DNA of 62,707 nucleotides, filler included, from Basidiobolus ranarum (Eukaryota): NCBI GenBank assembly GCA_040143965.1. It is 3 parts of 3 records of this genome, joined end to end, with 100 filler letters (N's around TTAATTAATTAA, not from the genome) between each part and the next. Parts side by side here need not be neighbours in the genome. Positions count along the whole stretch, not along the records: positions 41,907 to 62,707 come from JASJQH010000221.1; 2 more parts are not named here. One strand, 5' to 3'. Shown piece by piece: positions 52,446 to 62,707 of this stretch (position 1 is its first letter; each line of letters starts with the position of its first letter). The notes under the pieces were generated by a model. It saw only the letters and a program-made list of their open reading frames with translations, ran no database searches and was not told where the DNA came from. The position numbers and the translations under genes were made by a program.

Positions 52446-53239
52446 CGTTCTTATTCATATTAACGCTTCGCTATATTTTTTATCTCCCCTTCACTCATTG
52501 GCATTTCGTATGGTTATTCAGTAGCCATTTTTTGATATTAAAGCAACCATGTTTCAGCATAAACCTCAGCTCTCTTTATCTAAATTCGTTGTTCAAATAC
52601 TTTCATTAAAAAGCTCCATTATTTTATATAACATTGACTAAACAATCGTTTCTCTGATTATTCGCTGATAGTAGAATGCCACGTGATTGCGTCAAATGTT
52701 ATAGCTTCAGGAGTTTCAGTAGTTGAAATCCATTGTGACTTTCTTTATGGATTACATTATATAGTACCCAATCAAGTTAATTATATACTCGAGCGCTATT
52801 TTTGATTGACTCAATGGATGATAGTCACTTGGTATTCCGCAATAATATTGAAGATGAATAGCAGTAGTAGGATGAAGCATTATTCCTCCTATTTTCTATA
52901 CCAGTCATATTTGTCTACCTTTATCATCTTAACCTCCCTTGTGCTTGTTATTTAGTTGTAGAGTTTCACGTGTGCAGAAATATTATATTTGTCAACAACG
53001 GCGATATTGGATATTGGACTTTCTTTCCCGTTGCCATAAACTCCTGCCTGCTTCTATTTTGTACTTTGTGCATAATTTCTCCTCAGCTCATCTAGTCATA
53101 CCCTCCTTCGTGGTGTCACAAAGGGAGTGCAGAATCTCTCGCTTTAGAGATCGCTCTTGAATCGTTCAAACACTCCAATTTCTTTTTCTACTCGCAAACA
53201 TCTCTAGTTCTGTTGTAAACTTTGAACACGAGAATCCGA

Positions 53240-54454
53240 ATGTCGTATTCATATCTCTCAGGCTCAGAAACAAGCGAACTAGCTGACTCGACCTTAGCCT
53301 CAGCTTCTAATGCTTCCTTTCACACTCCCCCTTTCTCTTCATCTCGCGTGCTAGTTAATTATGATGTAGAGTACTCGGCACTTTCAGTACCCTTAACAAG
53401 GTATATCCACACGGAAATACCGAGCTTACGAGGAGGTTAGAGTTACTATTTAATACCTTAGATCAAACGTTCACTTTTTTAGGTTTTTCTTCAAATTATA
53501 CTATGTTGATACATATTTACATCAGTTTGAATCTTGTTACTTAGAAAAACGAAAGGAAAAAATCCGAGAAGCGAAAAGAGAACTTGTAGCAGCGGAAAAT
53601 TTGGTATGTATCAATGTGATGAGCGTAATACTACAACAATATCCATGTATTTAAATCCTCGAGTTTAACTTTCTTTGTCGGCTATTTAATTTCAATTTTT
53701 AGTTGGAAGATATGCAGAGTGAAGTCAGTATCGTTCCATTAAGCAAACGAGCTCGAGTTGAGCTAAGATTACGGAGCTATCGGAATGACTTACTAACTCT
53801 CAAAAGGGATCTTGTTAGTATATACGAAACTCTAAAGAATGCTACTTGTAACTGTAAGAGCTAATATTCAAACTTGACCTATTTAGCAACGTGTTTGTGA
53901 GATTCCAGAAAGCAGTGATTCGATGACTGACCATCAAACAGCACTTGATATCGATAGTAATTACGAAGACTCAAGAAGTAGATTGTTATCCGGCATGGAT
54001 CGCTTAGAAGAGTCCTCACGTCGATTGCGTAGTAGTCATCGCTTGGCTTTGGAAACTGGTATAAAGAGCAATTCTTAAAAAATCAGAAAAAGCGGAAACT
54101 TACAAGAAAATTGTCATCAGAGTCTTTAGGTATGAGCACACTATCAGAGCTTCATGGGCAGCGGGAACAAATCTTACGCACCGGTGATGCGGTATGTACT
54201 CGTATTATATTTCGGCTCTCTTATCCCTTGTTCATGTTTCAATTAGCTTATAGAAGGTGAAGCACATTTGGATCGAGCAAACATCTCACTTAAAGAATTG
54301 GCTAGAGGGTAGAGTCTTATTATACCTACAAATTCCTACCAACCGCTACTAATATCTTCCTCGTAGAATGTTTGCTAACACACTGATTAACTACGGAATG
54401 TTCTTTACACTTTTAGCGATTTTCCTTCTGCTAATGTACATGCAGTTGGCTTGA
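53240..54454 (+). CDS. VTI1: Vti1-like Qb-SNARE (multi-exon)
   Basis: Habc-like helices, RSRLLSG.DRLEESSRRL..SHRLALETE.LG...L.EL.GQREQI, C-terminal TM anchor. Confidence 0.85.
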
Positions 54455-54908
54455 TTCACTCTTTGATTTGATCTCCAAACACCGTAACCTCCCCCGACTC
54501 ACTCAATAATACTAACTCACCATTTATCTCGTTTCCAATCTAAATATATATGTAAAATTCCTCGAGGCTCTTTCAGTCCCCATTTCTGTACACACTACAC
54601 CCCCTCATGCAATAAAATCTCGCGTGTACAACCCTCTCCATTCACAGCCATAAATAGGTTTATTAATGTGGCCATTGTTGGCAGTGATAAAATAAAGTTC
54701 TAATTAGGAGACTTGTCTACAGCTGGCAAAACAGCCAATATGAAAAGTGAATTTGGTAGATAAACAGCAAAGAGTGGTAAAGTCGGAAATGATCAAAAGG
54801 GGGATGTTTAGGTTAAACAATCTTCAGTTGAACCCTGTGTGATGATGAATTGATATTGGATGCGACTGAAATATATGAATAGGGGACACATAAACCTCAT
54901 CAAAGGCT

Positions 54909-56537
54909 CTAGTTTTCAAGCAACTGGTGGCTCTTCAAGAACTTCAAAAGATCTGCGTTAGGCTCGACGTGGTTCCGCTTCATCTGCTCGATTAGTGATT
55001 TGGCCATATTTATATCTTCGCCCTTGACATATCCTTTGATCATGACGCTGTAAGTCACCACATCTGGTACGATCTTAAATGACAGCATGTCCTCGTACAT
55101 GCGCTTTGCAGATTCTAAGTTGGAAGACTTCATGTGCGCATCGATTAAGGTGTTGTATGTGACGACATCTGGATACACTCGGTTGTTTAGCATGTCACGG
55201 AATAAATCCATAGCTTGGCTCAGAAGACCATTCTTGGTGTATGCGTTGATCAAGGTACTATACGTGACTACGTTTGGAGAGACGTCAGAATCCAGCATCT
55301 CTTGATAGATGGAAGCGGCCTTCTCGATCTCGTTGGTCTTGACGAATCCATCGATAAGGGTGGTGTAGGTGAACACGTTGGGAGTAAGTCCAGATTGCAT
55401 CATGTCAGAATACATCTCAACTGCCTCTCCCATAAGACCACATTTAGCCTTCATGTTGATGAGAATGGAAAATGTAATTACATTGGGTTTGATGTTGAAA
55501 TCTGACATCTCTTTGTACAAATTCATCGCTTGGTCCACGTCCAATGACTTCGCATAACCATCCAACAAATTATTGAAAGTAATTAGATCTGGTGAAACAC
55601 CACTGTCGATCATCTCGCGATAGATATTTAGAGCGGTTCCTAGGTTACGTCTCTTGGAATGAGCATCGATCAGAATACTGAACGTGACCACATCTGGCTC
55701 GATTCCCTCATCATTCAGCAAGATGTTGTAAACTTTAGTTAGCAATTCAATATCCCCTTTCTGCTTACATATCTTCAGAAGGGTGTTGTATGTTACCAGG
55801 TCGGGCAAAATGTTTTGCTTCACCATACGTTCGTACACCTGAAACGCACTATCTGGACTTTCTCTTCCGACCGCATTCATGATGATATTGTAAGTGTGAA
55901 CATCTGGAGAAACACCATTCATTCCCATCTCACCAAGCACTGCCTTCGCTTGCTCAAAGTTCCCGGAACGTGAGTACCATGTTATTAAAGAGTTGTAGTC
56001 ACGAGTGGATGTGAATTTGATCCCTACTCGGGCCATACTATTTAAAATCTCATTACACCTGGCTGACGAAGTCTTAAGATCTCGTGAGAATATTTGTAAC
56101 ATACGAGCGTAATGTTTTGCAGTGAGTCCATACTCTAGGGGTGAGCTTATCATTGAATTGAAGGCCCCCCAAACTTTCTCACCATCTCGTTTAGATAATC
56201 CTTGCTCTAAGGCACTAAACTCGGAAATCGTTTTGGGCTTACGTGACCTTGTGTTCTTTGAGGAGGCGACGCTAGTCGAGGCAGAGGCTTGGTTTACTAC
56301 AGGCTTAGCTTTACTTTGAGACTCAATATTTAATTTTCGAACATATGTTTGTAATGCTTCGAGATCTGGAGTGCTCTCGTTTTTGGGTATGCTGGGAGTT
56401 GATGGGGACTGAGATTTGATGGTATTCGAATATTTTGCTGAATTAGTCACACTTCCTGAACGAATGACTCTGGGAAAGAGTGTGGTAGAGCGTGAGTGAA
56501 GTAAAGAGCGAGCATTTTTCAAAAATGACAGTGACAT
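54909..56537 (-). CDS. P-type pentatricopeptide repeat protein, probably mitochondrial, intronless
   Basis: About 10 tandem 35-aa repeats (PDVVTYNTLI..A...Y..M...GV); basic Ser-rich presequence. Confidence 0.95.
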   Translation of the reverse strand: MSLSFLKNARSLLHSRSTTLFPRVIRSGSVTNSAKYSNTIKSQSPSTPSIPKNESTPDLEALQTYVRKLNIESQSKAKPVVNQASASTSVASSKNTRSRKPKTISEFSALEQGLSKRDGEKVWGAFNSMISSPLEYGLTAKHYARMLQIFSRDLKTSSARCNEILNSMARVGIKFTSTRDYNSLITWYSRSGNFEQAKAVLGEMGMNGVSPDVHTYNIIMNAVGRESPDSAFQVYERMVKQNILPDLVTYNTLLKICKQKGDIELLTKVYNILLNDEGIEPDVVTFSILIDAHSKRRNLGTALNIYREMIDSGVSPDLITFNNLLDGYAKSLDVDQAMNLYKEMSDFNIKPNVITFSILINMKAKCGLMGEAVEMYSDMMQSGLTPNVFTYTTLIDGFVKTNEIEKAASIYQEMLDSDVSPNVVTYSTLINAYTKNGLLSQAMDLFRDMLNNRVYPDVVTYNTLIDAHMKSSNLESAKRMYEDMLSFKIVPDVVTYSVMIKGYVKGEDINMAKSLIEQMKRNHVEPNADLLKFLKSHQLLEN

Positions 56538-57051
56538 TGTGCTGAAATGTACTTTGAGAGTATACTATGTCAAACCGTTTAAGTTTGATGTTAAGGACTT
56601 CGTGAATTGAAAGAAATTATATCTTTCAAGATAGTCAAAAAATTTCCGTTCATATTTTTTGGAATATAAAATTAGCAGCCAAAGCCGTCACAAAATCATC
56701 TTCAACCCTAACCCTTAATAACCTCCAAATTCAGTGGATTGCCCTCTCTACACCGGGTTAAAAAATGAGATCAACAGGTGAACTAAGGATTACGATGGTG
56801 TAAATAAACTAAAAAAACAAATACTGTTCGAAATTTCCAACAGATTATTTGATGGATTTGTTTCCATAATATTCTACCAAGAATCCGAGGAATCCCAAGG
56901 GGGTCGAGAAAAAAAAACTCAATTTTTCACTAAGGGAGGTTACTTGTATCTCCTTGGCTTCACAGACAATACCTGCGCTGCGAGTTATTGTTCATTTTCT
57001 TGTGTTTTTATTGTCAAGTTTTACAGCACCTTGTGACGTTAACACTTTAAT

Positions 57052-59237
57052 ATGTGAGTTTCGGTGAAAATACTGATTCCAAGATGATTTATCCTTGTTT
57101 TCTTGATACTTATCATTTTTGTTATATAGGTCTTCTGCTATTCAGTTAATCAACCCCCAATCTGAAGTCCTCAGAAGAGGACAAGCTCTTCAGATCAACA
57201 TCACTGGTGCCATGGGCCTTCAAGATGTTTTAAAATCTAACCTTGGTCCTAAGGGTACCATCAAGATGTAAGCCTCGTTTACTCTACCACAACGATCATC
57301 TTATCATCTTGTCAGATCGTGTATATAAATTCTCGTATATACTTGTTTACTTACCACTGTTTGATTTTCAGGTTAGTCGATGGCTCTAATAACATCAAAT
57401 TGACCAAAGATGGCAAAGTCCTCTTAAGTGAAATGGTATTTTACATTTAGATATCCCATTAGAATTGTTCATATTTCCCTAATAGTATAATTTATAGCAA
57501 ATTCAAAACCCTACCGCAGTCATGATTGCCCGTGCTGCTACTGCTCAAGATGACATCGCTGGTGACGGTACCACCTCTGTTGTTCTTCTTGTCGGAGAGC
57601 TTTTAAAGCAAGCCGAGAGATACATCTCTGAAGGTCTTCATCCTCGTGTCATCACCGATGGTTTTGAACTCGCCAAGAAAGAGTCTTTGAAGGTACTATT
57701 ACCTTGAATAGTTTTATCCTGCTCTTTCAAATTTCTAACTGGATTGTAAATAGTTCTTGGAGGAATTCAAACAAACCCCTAAGATCGATAGAGAACTCCT
57801 CGTCTCCGTTGCTAGAACTTCTCTTAGAACTAAACTTCAACAAAATGTTGCTGATACTCTTACCGAAGCCGTAGTAGATGCCGTTATGGCTATTCATAGA
57901 GATGATCAACCTATTGATTTGCACATGGTTGAGATTATGAAGATGCAACATCGCATTGAAAATGACAGTAAATTAGTTCGTGGTCTCGTACTTGACCATG
58001 GTGCTAGACACCCTGATATGCCCAAGAGAGTTGAGGATGCTCACATCTTGATTTTGAACGTATCTTTGGAATATGAGAAGACGTAAGAAAGATTTATTTC
58101 GAGTTGTGCTATTATATATATTTACCCTATTCTTTTTGTTTACTTGACAGTGAAATCAACTCTGGTTTCTTCTACAACTCTTCCGAACAACGTGAGAAGC
58201 TCGTTGAATCCGAACGTAAGTTCGTTGACGAAAAGCTTAAGAAGATCGTTGAATTGAAGAACACCGTTTGTGATGGTAACAAGAAGGGCTTCGTCATCAT
58301 CAACCAAAAGGGTATTGATCCCCTTTCCCTTGATGTTCTTGCCAAGAATGGTATCATGGCTCTTCGTAGAGCTAAGAGACGTAACATGGAGAGGTACACC
58401 ATCATTTTCAACATTTGCAAGTGCATTCTCTTGCTCACCTACTAAAACTAATCCGTACTTAGACTTCAACTTATCTGCGGAGGTACCGCCACCAACTCTG
58501 TTGATGGACTCACTCCTGATATCCTTGGTTACGCTGGTTTGATCTATGAGCATACTTTGGGTGAAGAAAAATACACCTTTGTTGAAGAAGTCAAGGACCC
58601 CAGATCCGTCACTATTCTCATCAAGGGTATGTATTGGTACTCTGGTAAACTTCCATATATTTATTTACTGATTTACATATTCTAAATCGTAGGACCCAAC
58701 CAACATAGCATTGCTCAAATCAATGATGCCGTTCGCGATGGTCTACGTGCCGTCAAGAACACCATTGAAGATGATGGTGTCATTCCTGGTGCTGGTGCTT
58801 TCCAAGTTGCCCTCAGCTCTCATTTGACTAAATTCAAGGAATCAGTCAAGGGAAGAGCCAAGATGGGTGTTCAAGCCTTTTCTGATGCTCTTCTCATCAT
58901 CCCCAAAACTCTTGCCAGAAATGGTGGTTTTGATCCTCAAGATGTTATCGTTATGTTGCAAGATGAGCATGCTGACGGACACGTAGTCGGTATTGACCTT
59001 AAGACTGGTGAAGCTCTTGACCCCGTTACTGAAGGTATCTGGGATAACTACCGCGTTCTTCGTCATCAACTTCACTCTTGGTAAGTGTTCTAAAGTAACT
59101 ATTTTGTGCTATTATCACCATTCTTACAAATGTTGTTTTATATTAGCTCCGTTATCGCCAGCAACTTGCTCCTCGTTGACGAAATGATGCGTGCTGGTAG
59201 ATCCTCTTTAAAGTCCGAAAATGTTGGCCCTAACTAG
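57052..59237 (+). CDS. CCT6: T-complex protein 1 subunit zeta (multi-exon)
   Basis: [60 protein letters not shown]. Confidence 0.97.
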
Positions 59238-59716
59238 ACTTTCTTTACTTATATCATCTTCCTACCACATATGCTTCTTTCATCAAAACTTCGTTGCTTT
59301 TAATTTGTGCCTATGTTACCTTTTTATTGGTCAATGTTTCTCCCCTCTGTATTCCATTCAATCACACATCCTTTGTTCACCTTGAAAAGAATCCATCTAA
59401 ACAAAAGATTCAAAATACAGTTAAAACTTCTGAATACTTGCAGAAACAACGGTTATTCGTCGTCTTTATGTTTGTCACTATGTCACCAACACTGATCCAT
59501 GAGATGAGATATGCTATTGTGTCCACAGTATCTCTATTCTGTGATAATGGATAATTACCAAATGTAATGGGTAATAAATGGGATTTGGGTGTAAGCCACA
59601 TTTCAGGTTTAAGGAGGTTTATTTTTACGTTGAGAAAAGACCTGGAAGTATGTGTCGAGCATGATAAGTAATACAGAAAAGTTGGTTCAGGGAGGCAATA
59701 ATAGTCCGTAAAGAAT

Positions 59717-60349
59717 CTATTTCTTGACCTTCTGGGCTTCTTCTTCAGCCTTAAGTTTAGCACGCTTTTCGCGGATTCCACGGTAGCGTTGTTCAGAGCG
59801 AACGTTACGGAGGGTAGCGTAAGCACTTTGGTTCTTCTCTTCATCAGTGATCTTACGAGCCTTCTCCTTTTGGTAGACTTGAGTAACAGGCATGATAGCA
59901 CCTGAAACTTGCTTAGCCTCAGCCAATTCAGAAGCTTCACTGTCACCCTTCTTGGGCTTACCAGCCTTCTTAGGGAAGACAATGAGCTTAGCTTTGTAAG
60001 CCTTCAAACGTTGAACATTAAGTTGAAGGGATTCGTTGGACTTGTTACGACGACGGTGATCAACAGAAACACCAATGGTAAGAGCCTCCTTGCGACGAAT
60101 ACCAGCTTCCTTTAATTCCTCCAAAGTGAAACCCTTGCCGGATCTCAACTTGGTGTTGTATTTGATGGTAGGGCATCTCACGGCAGGTCTAAGAAGACCG
60201 TCAACGGGACGTGGGGCAATACGGGCAGCCTTTTGGACGCGATTGAGTCTTCTGCGCTTCTTGCGGCCAGCTTGGTCGAACCAAGTCTTGACACGTAATT
60301 GCCAGTCCTTGCGGAAATGGTTGTTAGGCAACTGATTGTTGTGCTTCAT
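59717..60349 (-). CDS. RPL13: 60S ribosomal protein eL13
   Basis: [41 protein letters not shown]. Confidence 0.98.
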   Translation of the reverse strand: MKHNNQLPNNHFRKDWQLRVKTWFDQAGRKKRRRLNRVQKAARIAPRPVDGLLRPAVRCPTIKYNTKLRSGKGFTLEELKEAGIRRKEALTIGVSVDHRRRNKSNESLQLNVQRLKAYKAKLIVFPKKAGKPKKGDSEASELAEAKQVSGAIMPVTQVYQKEKARKITDEEKNQSAYATLRNVRSEQRYRGIREKRAKLKAEEEAQKVKK

Positions 60350-60972
60350 TTTCTGAAAAGTTAGAATATACAGTTAAGGAGATAACAGTGACATTTAATC
60401 GTTGATATATTGTTCAAGATGGATGGATTCGAAACTACATAACGAATTGGATTGACATTTGTGACCAACACTAATGTCTACCTTCGCCTGCAAAGATATT
60501 ACTTTCACCTGCAATCTGATCGATTGATTTTCCAATTGCTTCAATTACTTTGTTAACAAAAAAAGGATACGAGTAACGGTCAATCACAACAAGGGCCCGA
60601 GGGAAAGAGAGAGATTCGATATTGTCACCAAGTTTTTTTATAAACCTCTCTCAAGTTTTCTTGATTTCACTTTTAAACCCTTTTAATTGGTTCGCGATGG
60701 TTATTCTTGAGCTTAACTCGGAACTTTTAGTTAATCGAAATGGATTAAAGTTACTCAAGTTGACTAACTCGCGCTATAAATAAAAAAAATCTTTTTCTCG
60801 ATGCTGATTTGCGAGAATTGCCTCACAAAAGACTCACATGAGCACCTTACTCTCCTTCTCTTCTAATCTCGGTCAGCCAAAGTTTTTTGATAAGGTAGCG
60901 TATCGATACATCCATCAATGACCCCCTCCAACTGTAAATACTCATCCCTATTAATTTAACTAGCCTTGAATC

Positions 60973-61464
60973 ATGCAAGCTGTACAAACCTTTGGTCGCA
61001 AGGTAAACATTCGCTCATTATACATATGTACATAAATCCTCCCTTGCTCACCTCTCATCATTCAACATTAGAAAACCGCTACTGCCGTTGCTTTCTGCAA
61101 GAGCGGAAAGGGTATGATCCGTATCAACGGTTCCCCCATCGAACTTGTTGAACCTGAAATCCTTAAATTCAAGGTTTATGAGCCAATCCTCATCCTTGGT
61201 GAAGACAAGTTCGCCAACGTAGATATTCGTGTTCGCGTTCGTGGTGGTGGTCACACTTCCCAAATCTATGCTATTCGTCAAGCCATTGCCAAGGCCATCG
61301 TCGCTTTCTACCAAAAGTTCGTTGATGAGGCTTCCAAGAAGGAGATCAAGGAGAAGCTTATCGCCTATGACAGAACTTTACTTGTTGCTGATCCCAGACG
61401 TTGCGAACCCAAGAAATTCGGAGGTCCTGGTGCTCGTGCCAGATACCAAAAATCTTATCGTTAA
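60973..61464 (+). CDS. RPS16: 40S ribosomal protein uS9 (S16); intron 61003-61071
   Basis: [50 protein letters not shown]. Confidence 0.98.
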
Positions 61465-62134
61465 TTTATTTTCTTTTCCTTCCCTCATTCGCTGTCAATT
61501 CATGGTGTTTCTCATTTACTCTCATTACTTTTGATACAAACAACCTTGGCTGTTGAGTGAGCATCTTTCCGAATAAAGCGTGCTTTAAAATGAATGTCAT
61601 TGTGTCGATCACTTATTTAGTTGATGCTTATATAATCCTGCCTCTTGATGTCCATGATGATATAATGTTGTCTTTCCAGGAATAAACTTGTTCCAGGCCC
61701 ATGTTAGTGTAGCCTATCGTAATTGTACATAAATCAGTGATTTTTCTACTCAACATTGCCTAATCCAGTCATTCTTATCTTGGCACATCGAAGCTACCAA
61801 TTCTAGCCCATTATTACCGCATTCTTCCGTTTGCATGCCAAATTTCTCTGAGCAATAGAATACTAGTTTCGATCATCTTACATACTGAATTTTATTTCCT
61901 TTTTGATAGAGAAAACTCGCAATAACCATTTTGAAGTACGTCAGTTTCATAAAACCTCTGATTTATTTATCCTTTCTTAATTGCTCTCTGATACCTACCA
62001 GGTGCAAGTATTTACAGTGAACTCTGAACCTTTACTGAAAAACAGATATATCTCAACTTCCCTGTAAATATATCTACCCATTGACACATTATTTGGTTGA
62101 AATTGCCTACTCTACTTAGTTGTTTGTTAATGTC

Positions 62135-62707
62135 ATGAGAACAGCGAATCATTCTGAGCTGGACCTTGAGTACCAGCAGTTAGACGATACGGCGAATCAG
62201 CAGAGTAACTCTAGAAACCAAAGAGAACTGTCTGAAGAGGGCGGTATACCAATAAATTCGAATAGAAAATCGCGACATGACGATGGACCCGAATTGCAAG
62301 GATCTTCTTTAAGTCTTATGACTCCGATCGAAACACATGTTTCAAGAACAAGAGGTCGTAGAAACTCACACACCCCACTGATTAATTCTAAAGTATCCAG
62401 TGTTTCTCCTTCTCCCTCTCCCTCAGTTAATGCCTCCGTCCACTCCTTTTCTCTTCTTGCTGGAAAAACTGATAAACCTTTACCCTTAAGTTTTTCCTCA
62501 AGTTTTCATCGACGTGGTGTAGATAATGACAGTAGTGATACTGAAAGTGACCATAGAAACGACGATTCTTCCGATTCTGAAGAGGAACTTACTGACGATC
62601 GTTCTGAAACGTCTTCCTTAGATGTACGTAGTGTAATTCAATCAGTATCACTTCCAGTCGAAGCTAAAAGTGTGAGCAGAGCCTCATATCCTGAGAGTGT
62701 TTTGCGC
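62135..62707 (+). CDS. Unidentified protein, Ser/acidic low-complexity N-terminus (runs off window end)
   Basis: 191 uninterrupted codons from ATG 62135 (MRTANHSELDLEYQQ..) to the window end; no recognisable domain. Confidence 0.65.
   Translation, partial: MRTANHSELDLEYQQLDDTANQQSNSRNQRELSEEGGIPINSNRKSRHDDGPELQGSSLSLMTPIETHVSRTRGRRNSHTPLINSKVSSVSPSPSPSVNASVHSFSLLAGKTDKPLPLSFSSSFHRRGVDNDSSDTESDHRNDDSSDSEEELTDDRSETSSLDVRSVIQSVSLPVEAKSVSRASYPESVLR

Noticed and set aside
59717-61464. RPL13-RPS16 as a relic of the bacterial rplM-rpsI operon
   Set aside because: This L13 is eukaryote-type eL13, not homologous to bacterial uL13.
61654-61745. ATGATGA box C-like motif after RPS16, possible C/D snoRNA
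   Set aside because: No CTGA box D or terminal stem at a suitable distance.

Overview
Gene-dense, AT-rich eukaryotic DNA with many short GT-AG introns. It looks like an early-diverging fungus; Basidiobolus/Zoopagomycota-like is an inference from gene content and NRPS style. Two 100-nt scaffold gaps with a TTAATTAATTAA linker (20865-20964, 41807-41906) split the window into three contigs, so adjacency across them is unverified. Housekeeping genes include mitochondrial EF-Tu, a CCDC137-like protein, REX1-type exonuclease, capping protein beta, a ZCCHC8-like protein, a GYF protein, a KH protein, tRNA-Arg(UCG), the RPL1 3' end, alanine aminotransferase, a rhomboid, an O-fucosyltransferase, SNAPC1, SWF1, COA8, VTI1, a PPR protein, CCT6 and the RPL13/RPS16 pair. 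Three features stand out. (1) An 8-exon gene, absent as a whole from the ORF track, fuses a BED-type zinc finger in frame, via a 7-nt micro-exon, to a catalytically intact cytidine deaminase (7963-9170). (2) An array of five tiny intronless AN1 zinc-finger genes, one expressed as the C-terminal extension of an essentially canonical ubiquitin (35231-40594). (3) An NRPS (..A-T-E-C-A-T-E) built from near-identical duplicated modules that ends in an epimerase plus a COM-like tail with no release domain. There is also a triplicated SDR locus with one mitochondrially targeted copy, and a candidate MITE. Exon boundaries were read by eye.
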